A DNA stretch of 64,000 nt from Tannerella sp. (lineage in GTDB: Bacteria; Bacteroidota; Bacteroidia; Bacteroidales; Tannerellaceae). Positions 51,180-59,076 of this stretch are shown here, piece after piece. How positions within the stretch are numbered: the first letter of the stretch is position 1; each line of letters opens with the position of its first letter. The stretch lies in contig JAITVY010000048.1 of NCBI GenBank assembly GCA_031285565.1, positions 2,276-66,275 on the forward strand, written 5' to 3'. The notes beneath the pieces are model-generated. The model did no database searches. It worked only from the letters and a program-made list of their open reading frames with translations, and was not told the origin of the DNA. Position numbers and translations under genes: made by a program.

Positions 51180-52039
51180 AGAATAATAAACCAATAATTG
51201 TAGGAATAGGTGAGTTGCTCTGGGATATATTTCCGGACGAGAAAAAGGCCGGTGGTGCTCCTATCAACTTTGTCTATCATGCCAGTCAACTTGGCGCCGA
51301 AGGATATGCTATCAGCGCGATTGGTAATGATGCATTAGGTACGGAAATTCTCCGGGTACTGGATCAGAACCATATCCGGCATTATATGGAAACGACTGCG
51401 TATCCGACGGGCACGGTAATGGTTGAATTGGATAATGAAGGAAAGCCCACGTATACGATTGTTGAAGGTGTGGCATGGGATCATATACCTTTAACCCGGC
51501 AATCTGTCGATCTGGTGAAAAAGGCAGATGCTATTTGTTTCGGCACATTGGCGCAACGTTCGCCTGTTTCCAGGGAAACAGTCGGAAAACTGCTTACGTA
51601 TGCTTCCGAAGATGCATTACGATTCTTTGATATCAATATCCGCCAGCATTATTATTCCAAAGAATTGATAGAAGTCTGTCTGGAGAGTGCAAACGTGTTT
51701 AAGATCAATGATGAAGAATTGGAATTAATAGCTCAGATGTTTAAATTAGAAGGCAGTACCGATGATATTTGTCAATGGTTTATTGAAAAATACCAATTGC
51801 GTTATCTAGTCCTGACGGCAGGAAGTGAGTATAGTTCCATTTATGGAAATAATGAGAAGTCAATGATTTTAACCCCTAAAGTGAAGGTTGCCGATACCGT
51901 GGGTGCTGGTGATGCCTTTTCGGGGGCATTTGTTTATTCAATATTGACAGGTGAATCACTGAAGGCGGCTCATCAGAAAGCGGTAGATATTGCCGCTTTT
52001 GTTTGCACGCAGAATGGAGCATGGCCGCCATATTCTTGA
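51167..52039 (+). CDS. Fructokinase (PfkB family)
   Basis: GIGELLWD, GGAPINF, DTVGAGDAF; PUL context. Confidence 0.92.
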   Translation: MEQMKNNKPIIVGIGELLWDIFPDEKKAGGAPINFVYHASQLGAEGYAISAIGNDALGTEILRVLDQNHIRHYMETTAYPTGTVMVELDNEGKPTYTIVEGVAWDHIPLTRQSVDLVKKADAICFGTLAQRSPVSRETVGKLLTYASEDALRFFDINIRQHYYSKELIEVCLESANVFKINDEELELIAQMFKLEGSTDDICQWFIEKYQLRYLVLTAGSEYSSIYGNNEKSMILTPKVKVADTVGAGDAFSGAFVYSILTGESLKAAHQKAVDIAAFVCTQNGAWPPYS

Positions 52040-52045
52040 AAATAA

Positions 52046-52110
52046 ACCCCAAACCCCTAAAGGGGCTTCTAGGGAAAATTAAAAGAAGTTCCCCTTTAGG
52101 GGATAGGGGT
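52046..52110. repeat. REP-like inverted doublet
   Basis: ACCCCAAACCCCTAAAGGGGCTTCT ... AGAAGTTCCCCTTTAGGGGATAGGGGT; each arm is itself a CCCCT-AA/TT-AGGGG hairpin. Confidence 0.8.
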
Positions 52111-52127
52111 ATTTTAATAATAAATAT

Positions 52128-53285
52128 ATGAAAGAAAAGAATATTATATTGAAGTTAGTTCCTGTCATGCTGGCATTCTTCGTGATGGGATTTGTAGATC
52201 TGGTAGGAATTGCCACGAATTATGCAAAAGTTGATTTCAACTTGTCGGATACTTTAGCTAATCTTTTTCCGTCGATGGTATTTTTCTGGTTTCTGATATT
52301 TTCAGTACCTACAGGGATGCTGATGAACAGAATTGGTAGACGAAAAACGGTTATAATCAGTTTAGGAATAACGATTGCATCCTTATTGCTTCCACTTATC
52401 AATTATTCGTTTATTTCTATGTTGATTTCATTTTCCTTGTTGGGTATCGGAAATACACTGATGCAGGTGTCGCTAAACCCTTTGCTTTCAAATATTGTGA
52501 GCGATAAACAATTGGCCAGTTCGATGACGTTTGGTCAGTTTATAAAAGCAATCGCTTCTTTTATTGCTCCTATCATAGCTGCTTGGGCTGCTGCGACATT
52601 TGGAGACTGGAAAATTCTGTTCCCGATTTTTATGTCAATTGCAGTCATAAGTATATTGTGCTTAGGATTTACACAGATCAAAGAACAAGAACAAGAGGGA
52701 AATACATCAACGTTCGCCCAATGTTTTGCATTGCTTGGTGATAAACTTATTTTTCTGTCTTTTTTGGGTATTATGTGCCATGTTGGGATTGATGTCGGAG
52801 TAAATGTAACGGCTCCTAAAATCTTAATGGAGCGTTTAGGTATGCCATTAGAAGATGCCGGTTATGCCACCAGTGTTTATTTCCTTTTTCGTACGGCAGG
52901 ATGTCTGTTGGGAACATTTATCCTGGCAAAATTCTCTCATAAATTCTTTTTCCTGATCAGTGTAATATGTATGATCCTGGGATTCGGAGGATTGTTTATT
53001 TTTAATGACCTGATGATCATTTATGCTTGTATCGGACTGATCGGTTTCGGCAACTCCAATATCTTCCCGGTAATTGTATCGCAGGCACTGCTTCACATGC
53101 CTGATAAAAAGAATGAAGTATCCGGTTTGATGATTATGGGTTTGTTTGGTGGAACAATATTCCCGTTATTGATGGGAATTACATCCGATGCGATGGGTAG
53201 CCAAATGGGAGCGTTAGTCGTAATGGCGGTTGGGGTTGTTTACCTGTTATCTTTTACTCCGAAATTAAACCGGTCAATACGCTGA
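52128..53285 (+). CDS. MFS monosaccharide (probably fructose) permease
   Basis: Multi-pass MFS pattern with RIGRRKT, LMQVSLNPL and NIFPVI; follows the fructokinase. Confidence 0.88.
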   Translation: MKEKNIILKLVPVMLAFFVMGFVDLVGIATNYAKVDFNLSDTLANLFPSMVFFWFLIFSVPTGMLMNRIGRRKTVIISLGITIASLLLPLINYSFISMLISFSLLGIGNTLMQVSLNPLLSNIVSDKQLASSMTFGQFIKAIASFIAPIIAAWAAATFGDWKILFPIFMSIAVISILCLGFTQIKEQEQEGNTSTFAQCFALLGDKLIFLSFLGIMCHVGIDVGVNVTAPKILMERLGMPLEDAGYATSVYFLFRTAGCLLGTFILAKFSHKFFFLISVICMILGFGGLFIFNDLMIIYACIGLIGFGNSNIFPVIVSQALLHMPDKKNEVSGLMIMGLFGGTIFPLLMGITSDAMGSQMGALVVMAVGVVYLLSFTPKLNRSIR

Positions 53286-53316
53286 TAAGTATACTTTTTG
53301 CAGTTGGTCTTAGAAG

Positions 53317-53355
53317 AAACTGTTTTGAATTTTACAGTAAAATTCAAAACAGTTT
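53317..53355 (+). terminator. Terminator at the end of the PUL
   Basis: Perfect 19-bp inverted repeat AAACTGTTTTGAATTTTAC-A-GTAAAATTCAAAACAGTTT followed by T's. Confidence 0.8.
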
Positions 53356-53358
53356 TTT

Positions 53359-53466
53359 TGTCAAAAAAATAGACAGTGATGTTAAAAAAATGGACATGTA
53401 TATATAAGACTATATTGTTTAATTTGCATATTAATAACGTTTTATGTGTTTGGCATTTTTTTTGTT
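53359..53466 (+). promoter_or_regulatory. Sigma54-type promoter with two upstream enhancer-like palindromes
   Basis: TGGCA-N6-TTGT at 53451-53465 (GG-N10-GT); TGTCAAAAAAATAGACA (53359-53375) and TGTTAAAAAAATGGACA (53380-53396). Confidence 0.6.
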
Positions 53467-53500
53467 CATATAGAAATTGAATAAATATAAATGAAAAGCG

Positions 53501-55891
53501 ATGTTCTTACGACGATTTAAGAAAAGTAAGTCCTTACGGATTGTAAATTTGTTGGGGCTAGCGGTTATTTTCTCCTGCTTGATGTTATCGTATGCGTATA
53601 TAAAAAAAGAATTAAGTTACGATAAGTTCCATTCAAATGCAGACCGGATTGTCCGCTATTCCTTACAATATGAAAATGAATCTATAGATGTCCGGATTCC
53701 CGGATTCACAGGAGATGATCCATCTATTGCTGATGTTTCCGGGATAGAAGCCATTGTACGGATGCGTAAAGTAAATGGTTGTGAGTTAAAGCAAAAGGAC
53801 AGGAATCATTTGCTCGAGGACTTGTATTTAGTAAGTAGCAATTTTTTTGATGTATTTGATTTTAAGTTACTGGAAGGTGATAGAAACCGTGTGTTGGATG
53901 CTCCCGAAAAAGCTGTGATCAGTAAAAGTTATGCCAGGCAACTTTTTGGCGAAGAATCACCTATGGGGAAAGAGATACAACTCGTTAACGATCTTAGATT
54001 CGGAGATAAAAAAGTATTATATGTAAGTGGTGTTTTTGAAGATTTTCCGGAAACATCTCATTTCCATTCCGATATACTTGTTCATTTACCGGATGCGGAA
54101 AATGATTTCTTTACATATGTATATTTGCTGTTGTATCCCCAGACAAATGTAGCTGAATTAACCCGGGCGATTGCTACAAATCTGGATGAAGTCAATAAGG
54201 ATGATCCCCGTAAAGCATCACCATATCTGTTTCCATTAACCGATATTCATTTGCATAGTCATCTGCAACGGGAGCATGAGCCGAATGGACATATTTATTA
54301 TGTGTATCTGATAACAGGAGCTAATCTGCTTCTATTGTTGATTGTGTTATTTAATTTATGGTTAAATGCAGGGTTGATCTTTTCATTTAATCGCCGTTAT
54401 TACCAGTTGTTGAGGCTAAACGGAGCTTCTTCTTTAGTTGTTTTGCGGGATGAAAGCCTGTTGGCATTAATTTTAGGATGTATTTCCATGGTGATTGGAG
54501 CAGGGTTAGCATGGTTGGTTTCGCCCGGATTACAATGGGAGATTTTATCAGATGGAAAAGCTTTGTTTTTGTTATGTTTATCATTTTTATTCCTGGTGGT
54601 AATGGTTTCGGCTGTTCCGGTATTCAACCGGATGTCGTCTACTTTGTTTTTGAATACACAAACGAATTTGCGTAACTCCGGATTTACATTATCGAATGTA
54701 AAATATATGCTGATCGGACAATATGGGATTGTGATGTTTATCATTATCGTCAGTTTTTGTATTACTAAACAGATCGGTTTGATCCGCGCATCACAAGTAG
54801 GAGGGGAAGAACGTACAATACTTGTGCTGAATGAGCAACCTTCAGCAGTACAGGAACGCTACGAACTATTAAAAGCGGAACTGACAAAATATCCGGAGAT
54901 ACGGATGGTTACTTCAGCTATGCAGTTGCCCGGATCAGCTATTCGTGATAGAATTGGAGCTTGGAAAGAAGGAGAATCCCCGGAAGATTACAAAGTAATT
55001 CCGCTTTTGGTAGTAGGCAATGATTTTTTACCGTTTTTTAATATTCAACCGGTTGCTGGGCGTGTTTTTCAGCAGAATAAGATATCCCTTAAAGAAGAAC
55101 AACAACTATTGAATCGGTTTTTTACAGAAAAAGAACGTGCCAATGTTTCCGAAGAATATGTGTTGAATCAAAAGGCGATACAATTATTGGGATTTGATTC
55201 CCCGGAAGAAGCAATCGGCAAACGCCTTTATTTTAGCCAGGGTACTATTGATTATATTAATAATGGAACCATAGTGGGTGTAACGGAAAATTTTAATTAT
55301 ACAAACACATACGAAGACTCTATCCCACAAATCCTTTTGCAGCGGACAATTTTTCAGTCTTGTTTTATGATTTATCTTTCGCCGGAAAAAACTGAACAGG
55401 CAATTCAAACGTTCAACCATGTCTGGAATGAAATTAATCCCGAATATGAGGCGCAGTATACTTTTTTACATGATGTATATAATGATGTCTATCGTAATGA
55501 ACTGAATGCAGAACAGCTGGTGCGCGTATTTTCTTTGCTATGTCTTATTGTTGCCACACTAGGGTTGATTATTATTATGGCGTTTGTAATTAAGCGTAAA
55601 ACGAAAGAAATTGGCATCCGTAAGGTGAATGGCGCTACAACATCTGATATTATACAGTTGTTGAACAGCCGGTTTGTCAGGTGGATTTTCATAGCTTTCT
55701 TATTGGCGGTTCCCGGAGCATATGTGGTGATGGTACATTGGCTGGAAAGTTTTGCTTATAAGACTTCGCTCGACTGGTGGATTTTTGCACTGGCGGGTAT
55801 TTCTGTATTGTTGCTCTCAGTTGCTGCTATTTCATGGCAAAGTTGGCGGGCGGCAACGATTGATCCGGTTAAAACGTTAAAAAGTGAGTGA
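53501..55891 (+). CDS. ABC transporter permease (MacB/FtsX family, duplicated architecture)
   Basis: VNLLGL...ELSYDKFH, PLTDIHL, KTKEIGIRKVNGA, AATIDPVKTLKSE. Confidence 0.92.
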   Translation: MFLRRFKKSKSLRIVNLLGLAVIFSCLMLSYAYIKKELSYDKFHSNADRIVRYSLQYENESIDVRIPGFTGDDPSIADVSGIEAIVRMRKVNGCELKQKDRNHLLEDLYLVSSNFFDVFDFKLLEGDRNRVLDAPEKAVISKSYARQLFGEESPMGKEIQLVNDLRFGDKKVLYVSGVFEDFPETSHFHSDILVHLPDAENDFFTYVYLLLYPQTNVAELTRAIATNLDEVNKDDPRKASPYLFPLTDIHLHSHLQREHEPNGHIYYVYLITGANLLLLLIVLFNLWLNAGLIFSFNRRYYQLLRLNGASSLVVLRDESLLALILGCISMVIGAGLAWLVSPGLQWEILSDGKALFLLCLSFLFLVVMVSAVPVFNRMSSTLFLNTQTNLRNSGFTLSNVKYMLIGQYGIVMFIIIVSFCITKQIGLIRASQVGGEERTILVLNEQPSAVQERYELLKAELTKYPEIRMVTSAMQLPGSAIRDRIGAWKEGESPEDYKVIPLLVVGNDFLPFFNIQPVAGRVFQQNKISLKEEQQLLNRFFTEKERANVSEEYVLNQKAIQLLGFDSPEEAIGKRLYFSQGTIDYINNGTIVGVTENFNYTNTYEDSIPQILLQRTIFQSCFMIYLSPEKTEQAIQTFNHVWNEINPEYEAQYTFLHDVYNDVYRNELNAEQLVRVFSLLCLIVATLGLIIIMAFVIKRKTKEIGIRKVNGATTSDIIQLLNSRFVRWIFIAFLLAVPGAYVVMVHWLESFAYKTSLDWWIFALAGISVLLLSVAAISWQSWRAATIDPVKTLKSE

Positions 55892-56026
55892 TAGCAGCTT
55901 GTTCTCATTAAAAAAAATACCGTTATTTTTATTGTTGACTTCCAGTGTGTTGTCTTGTCTGATTGATTTTTTATTAGTATTCTTTTTGAAACCGTTGAAC
56001 AAATTAAAGAGTTGAACTGTTTTATA

Positions 56027-56118
56027 AACGACTCTCGTAAGAAAATTTTATAGGTATTAGTTTTGGTTTATGTTTAGGTTCAGGCAGGCTGTGAAGCCCA
56101 CCTGAACTTCATTTTTTT
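56027..56118 (+). ncRNA. Candidate sRNA A (paralogous family)
   Basis: GAAC-N17-TGTT promoter (55997-56021), ATAGGTATTAG motif, GU-rich tract, terminator GTTCAGG-CAGGCT-GTGA-AGCCCA-CCTGAAC with a T tail; no ORF. Confidence 0.6.
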
Positions 56119-56309
56119 AGACCTATATTAAATGACTCACCGGCACCCAAAGTGGTAACCGTTCTGACCTGCTATGGTAACTATAAATCCAACACGCACT
56201 GTACATTGTAGAGCTGTGTATCCGTTGATTTGTTTAAACGAATTAACTGTTAAACGCCTTAACGGAAATAAGACTATTTAGCATTGAAACGGCAATAATA
56301 GGAAAGTAT

Positions 56310-56340
56310 CAACAAAACTGATATTATAATTGTTTTTATA
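56310..56340 (+). promoter_or_regulatory. ECF-type promoter of lemA
   Basis: CAAC-N17-TGTTTTTATA. Confidence 0.55.
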
Positions 56341-56371
56341 TCATAGACATTAACTTAAAAAAGAAAAAGCT

Positions 56372-56968
56372 ATGAAACTGTCAAAAGGTATAATTACAAT
56401 TATTGTAATTGCAGGTATTGTATTAATCGGTTTTTTATGGGGTAAATCGGCATACAACAGCATGGTTGAAAAAGAAATTGCCGTAGAGACGCAGTGGGCA
56501 CAGGTACAAAATGCTTATCAACGACGTGCGGATCTGATACCAAACCTGGTAGCAACCGTAAAAGGGTATGCAACGCATGAACAACAAACCTTGACTGAAG
56601 TGGTTGAAGCTCGTGCGAAAGCTACTCAAATGAATATCAGTGCAGATCAGCTAACAGAAGAGAATATAAAAAAGTATCAGGAAGCTCAGGGACAATTGAG
56701 TACTGCATTGGGACGCCTGATGATGATACAGGAAGCTTATCCAGATCTGAAAGCAAATACTAATTTTATGGCCTTACAAGATGAGCTTGCAGGGACAGAA
56801 AATCGGATTTCGACGGAACGTAACAAGTTCAATGAAAAAGTGAGGGACTACAATACTACTATTCGAACATTCCCCCGGAATATTTTTGCAGGTATGTTTG
56901 GTTTTGAACGGAAAGCATTTTTCGAAGCGGATCAATCAGCGCAAAAAGCGCCGGAAGTGAAATTCTGA
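56372..56968 (+). CDS. lemA: LemA-family protein
   Basis: YQRRADLIPNLVATVKGY, YPDLKAN.NF..LQDELAGTENRI. Confidence 0.95.
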   Translation: MKLSKGIITIIVIAGIVLIGFLWGKSAYNSMVEKEIAVETQWAQVQNAYQRRADLIPNLVATVKGYATHEQQTLTEVVEARAKATQMNISADQLTEENIKKYQEAQGQLSTALGRLMMIQEAYPDLKANTNFMALQDELAGTENRISTERNKFNEKVRDYNTTIRTFPRNIFAGMFGFERKAFFEADQSAQKAPEVKF

Positions 56969-56969
56969 T

Positions 56970-57710
56970 ATGAAGCAGCTGGCTAAAATATTTATTCTGT
57001 TTTTAAGTACTACTGTATATCTCTATGCGCAGGATGATTTACCTGAACCGATGAGTCCACCGCGTATGGTTAATGATTTTGCGCAAATATTTGATAAAAC
57101 GCAGCTTAATGATCTCGAACAAACACTTCGTAATTATCATGATACAACTTCGACTCAGATATATGTCGTAACAGTTACAGACTTAAAAGGGTATGATGTA
57201 TCAGATTTTGCGGCGCGATTAGGTGAGAAATGGGGCATTGGGCAGAAAGAGAAAAATAACGGAGTGCTTATCCTGATTAAACCCCGTGTTGGCAATGAAC
57301 GCGGAAGGGTTTTTATTGCAACCGGTTATGGGGTGGAATATATCCTTACAGATGGGCGTGTAGGGCGTATAATGGATGAATATATGATGCCTTATTTACA
57401 AAAAGGAGATTATTACAATGCAACCAGGGCTGCGATAGGGAAAATTATTGATTATTTGTCCGGTGAGTTTCAGGCTGATGAAGAAGGCTTAACCGGAGGT
57501 AGTATCATTGGTTCAATTATATTTTTTTTATTTATCTTATTCCTGCTCTACATTATCACAAAAGGTGGTCGTGGTGGAAGAGGCCCTATGATAGGGGGTG
57601 GTTTAGGGGGCTTTTTAGGCGGTACGCTGGGAGGTGGTCGTTCCGGAGGTAGCTTCGGTGGAGGTGGCGGTGGAAGTTTTGGAGGTGGCGGTGCTGGAAG
57701 AGGATTTTAA
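56970..57710 (+). CDS. TPM-domain (YgcG-like) protein
   Basis: VNDFAQI, WGIGQKEKNNGVLILI, IATGYGVE, TM helix and Gly-rich tail. Confidence 0.92.
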   Translation: MKQLAKIFILFLSTTVYLYAQDDLPEPMSPPRMVNDFAQIFDKTQLNDLEQTLRNYHDTTSTQIYVVTVTDLKGYDVSDFAARLGEKWGIGQKEKNNGVLILIKPRVGNERGRVFIATGYGVEYILTDGRVGRIMDEYMMPYLQKGDYYNATRAAIGKIIDYLSGEFQADEEGLTGGSIIGSIIFFLFILFLLYIITKGGRGGRGPMIGGGLGGFLGGTLGGGRSGGSFGGGGGGSFGGGGAGRGF

Positions 57711-57743
57711 TGAGTTGATAATAATGTTGTTGATGAAATGTAT

Positions 57744-57774
57744 GAACAAGGAGAACGTTAAAAATGTTATTTAG
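57744..57774 (+). promoter_or_regulatory. ECF-type promoter of the BON-LysM operon
   Basis: GAAC-N17-TGTTATTTAG. Confidence 0.55.
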
Positions 57775-57804
57775 GGTGATTATATAAATTTAAAATAAAG
57801 AATT

Positions 57805-57951
57805 ATGAAACGAAGCATGATTTCAAAAGTTTAAAGTTTCGGGTTCCAGGTTCCAAATAAAACCATTGAACTTTGAACATGAAACCTTGAACTTAAATAT
57901 GCGAGTTCCATACGACTTTAGTATAAACAAATAAAATTTTATCGTATGAAA
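57805..57951 (+). mobile_element. Start-codon-duplicating structured element, copy 2 (before the BON gene)
   Basis: ATGAAA at 57805 and 57946; same conserved ends as 47658-47764; the interior is a heptamer-repeat hairpin. Confidence 0.65.
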
Positions 57952-58425
57952 AAAGTATTATTTCTATTGACTATAGGGCTGCTTTCCGGAGTAATGATGC
58001 AGTCGTGTAAGGAGAGTGATGAAAAGTTGCAAACACAAGTAAATCAGGTAATGCAAAAGACTGTTCCGGAAGTTATAGCTATTGTCCAGAACGGGGTTGC
58101 AACTTTAAGCGGAGTGGTTGAAAGTGAAGATACAAAGATGATGCTTGAAACATTGGCAAAAGAGGTGAAGGGCATTAAATCGGTCGTTAATAATGTAACA
58201 GTACATAAACCTGAGCCTCCTGTAACGATTAATCCGGATGATACAATTAGAACAACTATTGAAAGTAAGTTGAAAGATGCAGGATTTAAAAGTGTATTTA
58301 TTGATGTAAATAATGGAGAAGTTGTTCTTACCGGTGATGCGAAAAGATCTGATCTTACCAAAATTATGCAGATTGCAAATGAATCAAACCCAAAGAAAGT
58401 TACCAATAATTTAAATTTGAAATAA
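57946..58425 (+). CDS. BON-domain lipoprotein
   Basis: Lipobox MQSC; two BON-like repeats (GVATLSG...VKGIKSVVNNV; V..GEVVLTG). Confidence 0.9.
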   Translation: MKKVLFLLTIGLLSGVMMQSCKESDEKLQTQVNQVMQKTVPEVIAIVQNGVATLSGVVESEDTKMMLETLAKEVKGIKSVVNNVTVHKPEPPVTINPDDTIRTTIESKLKDAGFKSVFIDVNNGEVVLTGDAKRSDLTKIMQIANESNPKKVTNNLNLK

Positions 58426-58427
58426 TA

Positions 58428-58796
58428 ATGGCATTGAAAGATAAATATTCGAAAATCATACAATATGCCCAGGCTTCGAATGTGGAAAACTTATCTGTTT
58501 CCGAACAAAACGAGGTATTGTATATTTCCGGTTCTGCTTTAAGGGAAGTAAAGGAAAAAATGTGGGATTTGTACAATGAAATAGATCCTGATATGCGAGC
58601 CGGCGATCTGGTTTTAAAAATTGAAGAACTTCCCGGACAGGAAGAAATTTATGAAATAAAATCAGGGGATAACTTAAGTAAAATAGCAAAGAATTATCCG
58701 GGTATGACATGGAAAAAAATCTATGAAGCCAATAAGGATATTATTAAAGACCCGAATATCATTTATCCCGGGCAGAAAATTAAAATCCCCCACTGA
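58428..58796 (+). CDS. LysM peptidoglycan-binding protein
   Basis: YEIKSGDNLSKIAK...IYEANKDIIKDPNIIYPGQKIKIP. Confidence 0.93.
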   Translation: MALKDKYSKIIQYAQASNVENLSVSEQNEVLYISGSALREVKEKMWDLYNEIDPDMRAGDLVLKIEELPGQEEIYEIKSGDNLSKIAKNYPGMTWKKIYEANKDIIKDPNIIYPGQKIKIPH

Positions 58797-58815
58797 TTTG
58801 TTAACAAAATTTGCA

Positions 58816-58853
58816 AAAAAAAGGAAGAACTGTTTATGGCTCTTCCTTTTTTT
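58816..58853 (+). terminator. Terminator after the LysM gene
   Basis: AAAAAAAGGAAGA...TCTTCCTTTTTTT. Confidence 0.75.
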
Positions 58854-58860
58854 CTTCATT

Positions 58861-59047
58861 TAGTGACTGTTTAAATTTTCCATGAATGAAAAAATTAGGG
58901 GGGATTCTTCGTTATTTTTCTTTCCTCTTTTTGTGTAGTTGATCTCTTTCCTCAGCTCAGATAGCCCGCTATCATCGCTTCACAAAGAAACCAACTACAC
59001 GAAAAATAGCTTTGAAAGATATACGAGCAAAATTTAAACAATCTCTA
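58861..59047. mobile_element. MITE-like non-autonomous element (187 bp)
   Basis: Terminal inverted repeats TAGTGACTGTTTAAATTTT / AAAATTTAAACAATCTCTA (17/19); internal GTGTAGTTG/CAACTACAC arms; central GATAGC-CC-GCTATC hairpin; no ORF. Confidence 0.75.
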
Positions 59048-59076
59048 AAATTATGCTTAACTTCACCGTCTGGGTT

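Noticed and set aside
53491-53520. Out-of-frame ATGAAAAGCG just before the permease ATG, as a possible frameshift
   Set aside because: The in-frame ATG at 53501 gives a near-complete protein and there is no slippery run.
56125-56271. GC-richer stretch after sRNA A, with a 13-nt match (TATTTCCGTTAAG) to 32919-32931 on the opposite strand
   Set aside because: No recognisable riboswitch, ribozyme or ORF, and the match is too short to call a repeat.
57946-58796. BON plus LysM as a split Kbp potassium sensor tied to the kdp operon
   Set aside because: The BON protein is a lipoprotein with two BON repeats, and the loci are more than 50 kb apart with no shared regulatory motif.
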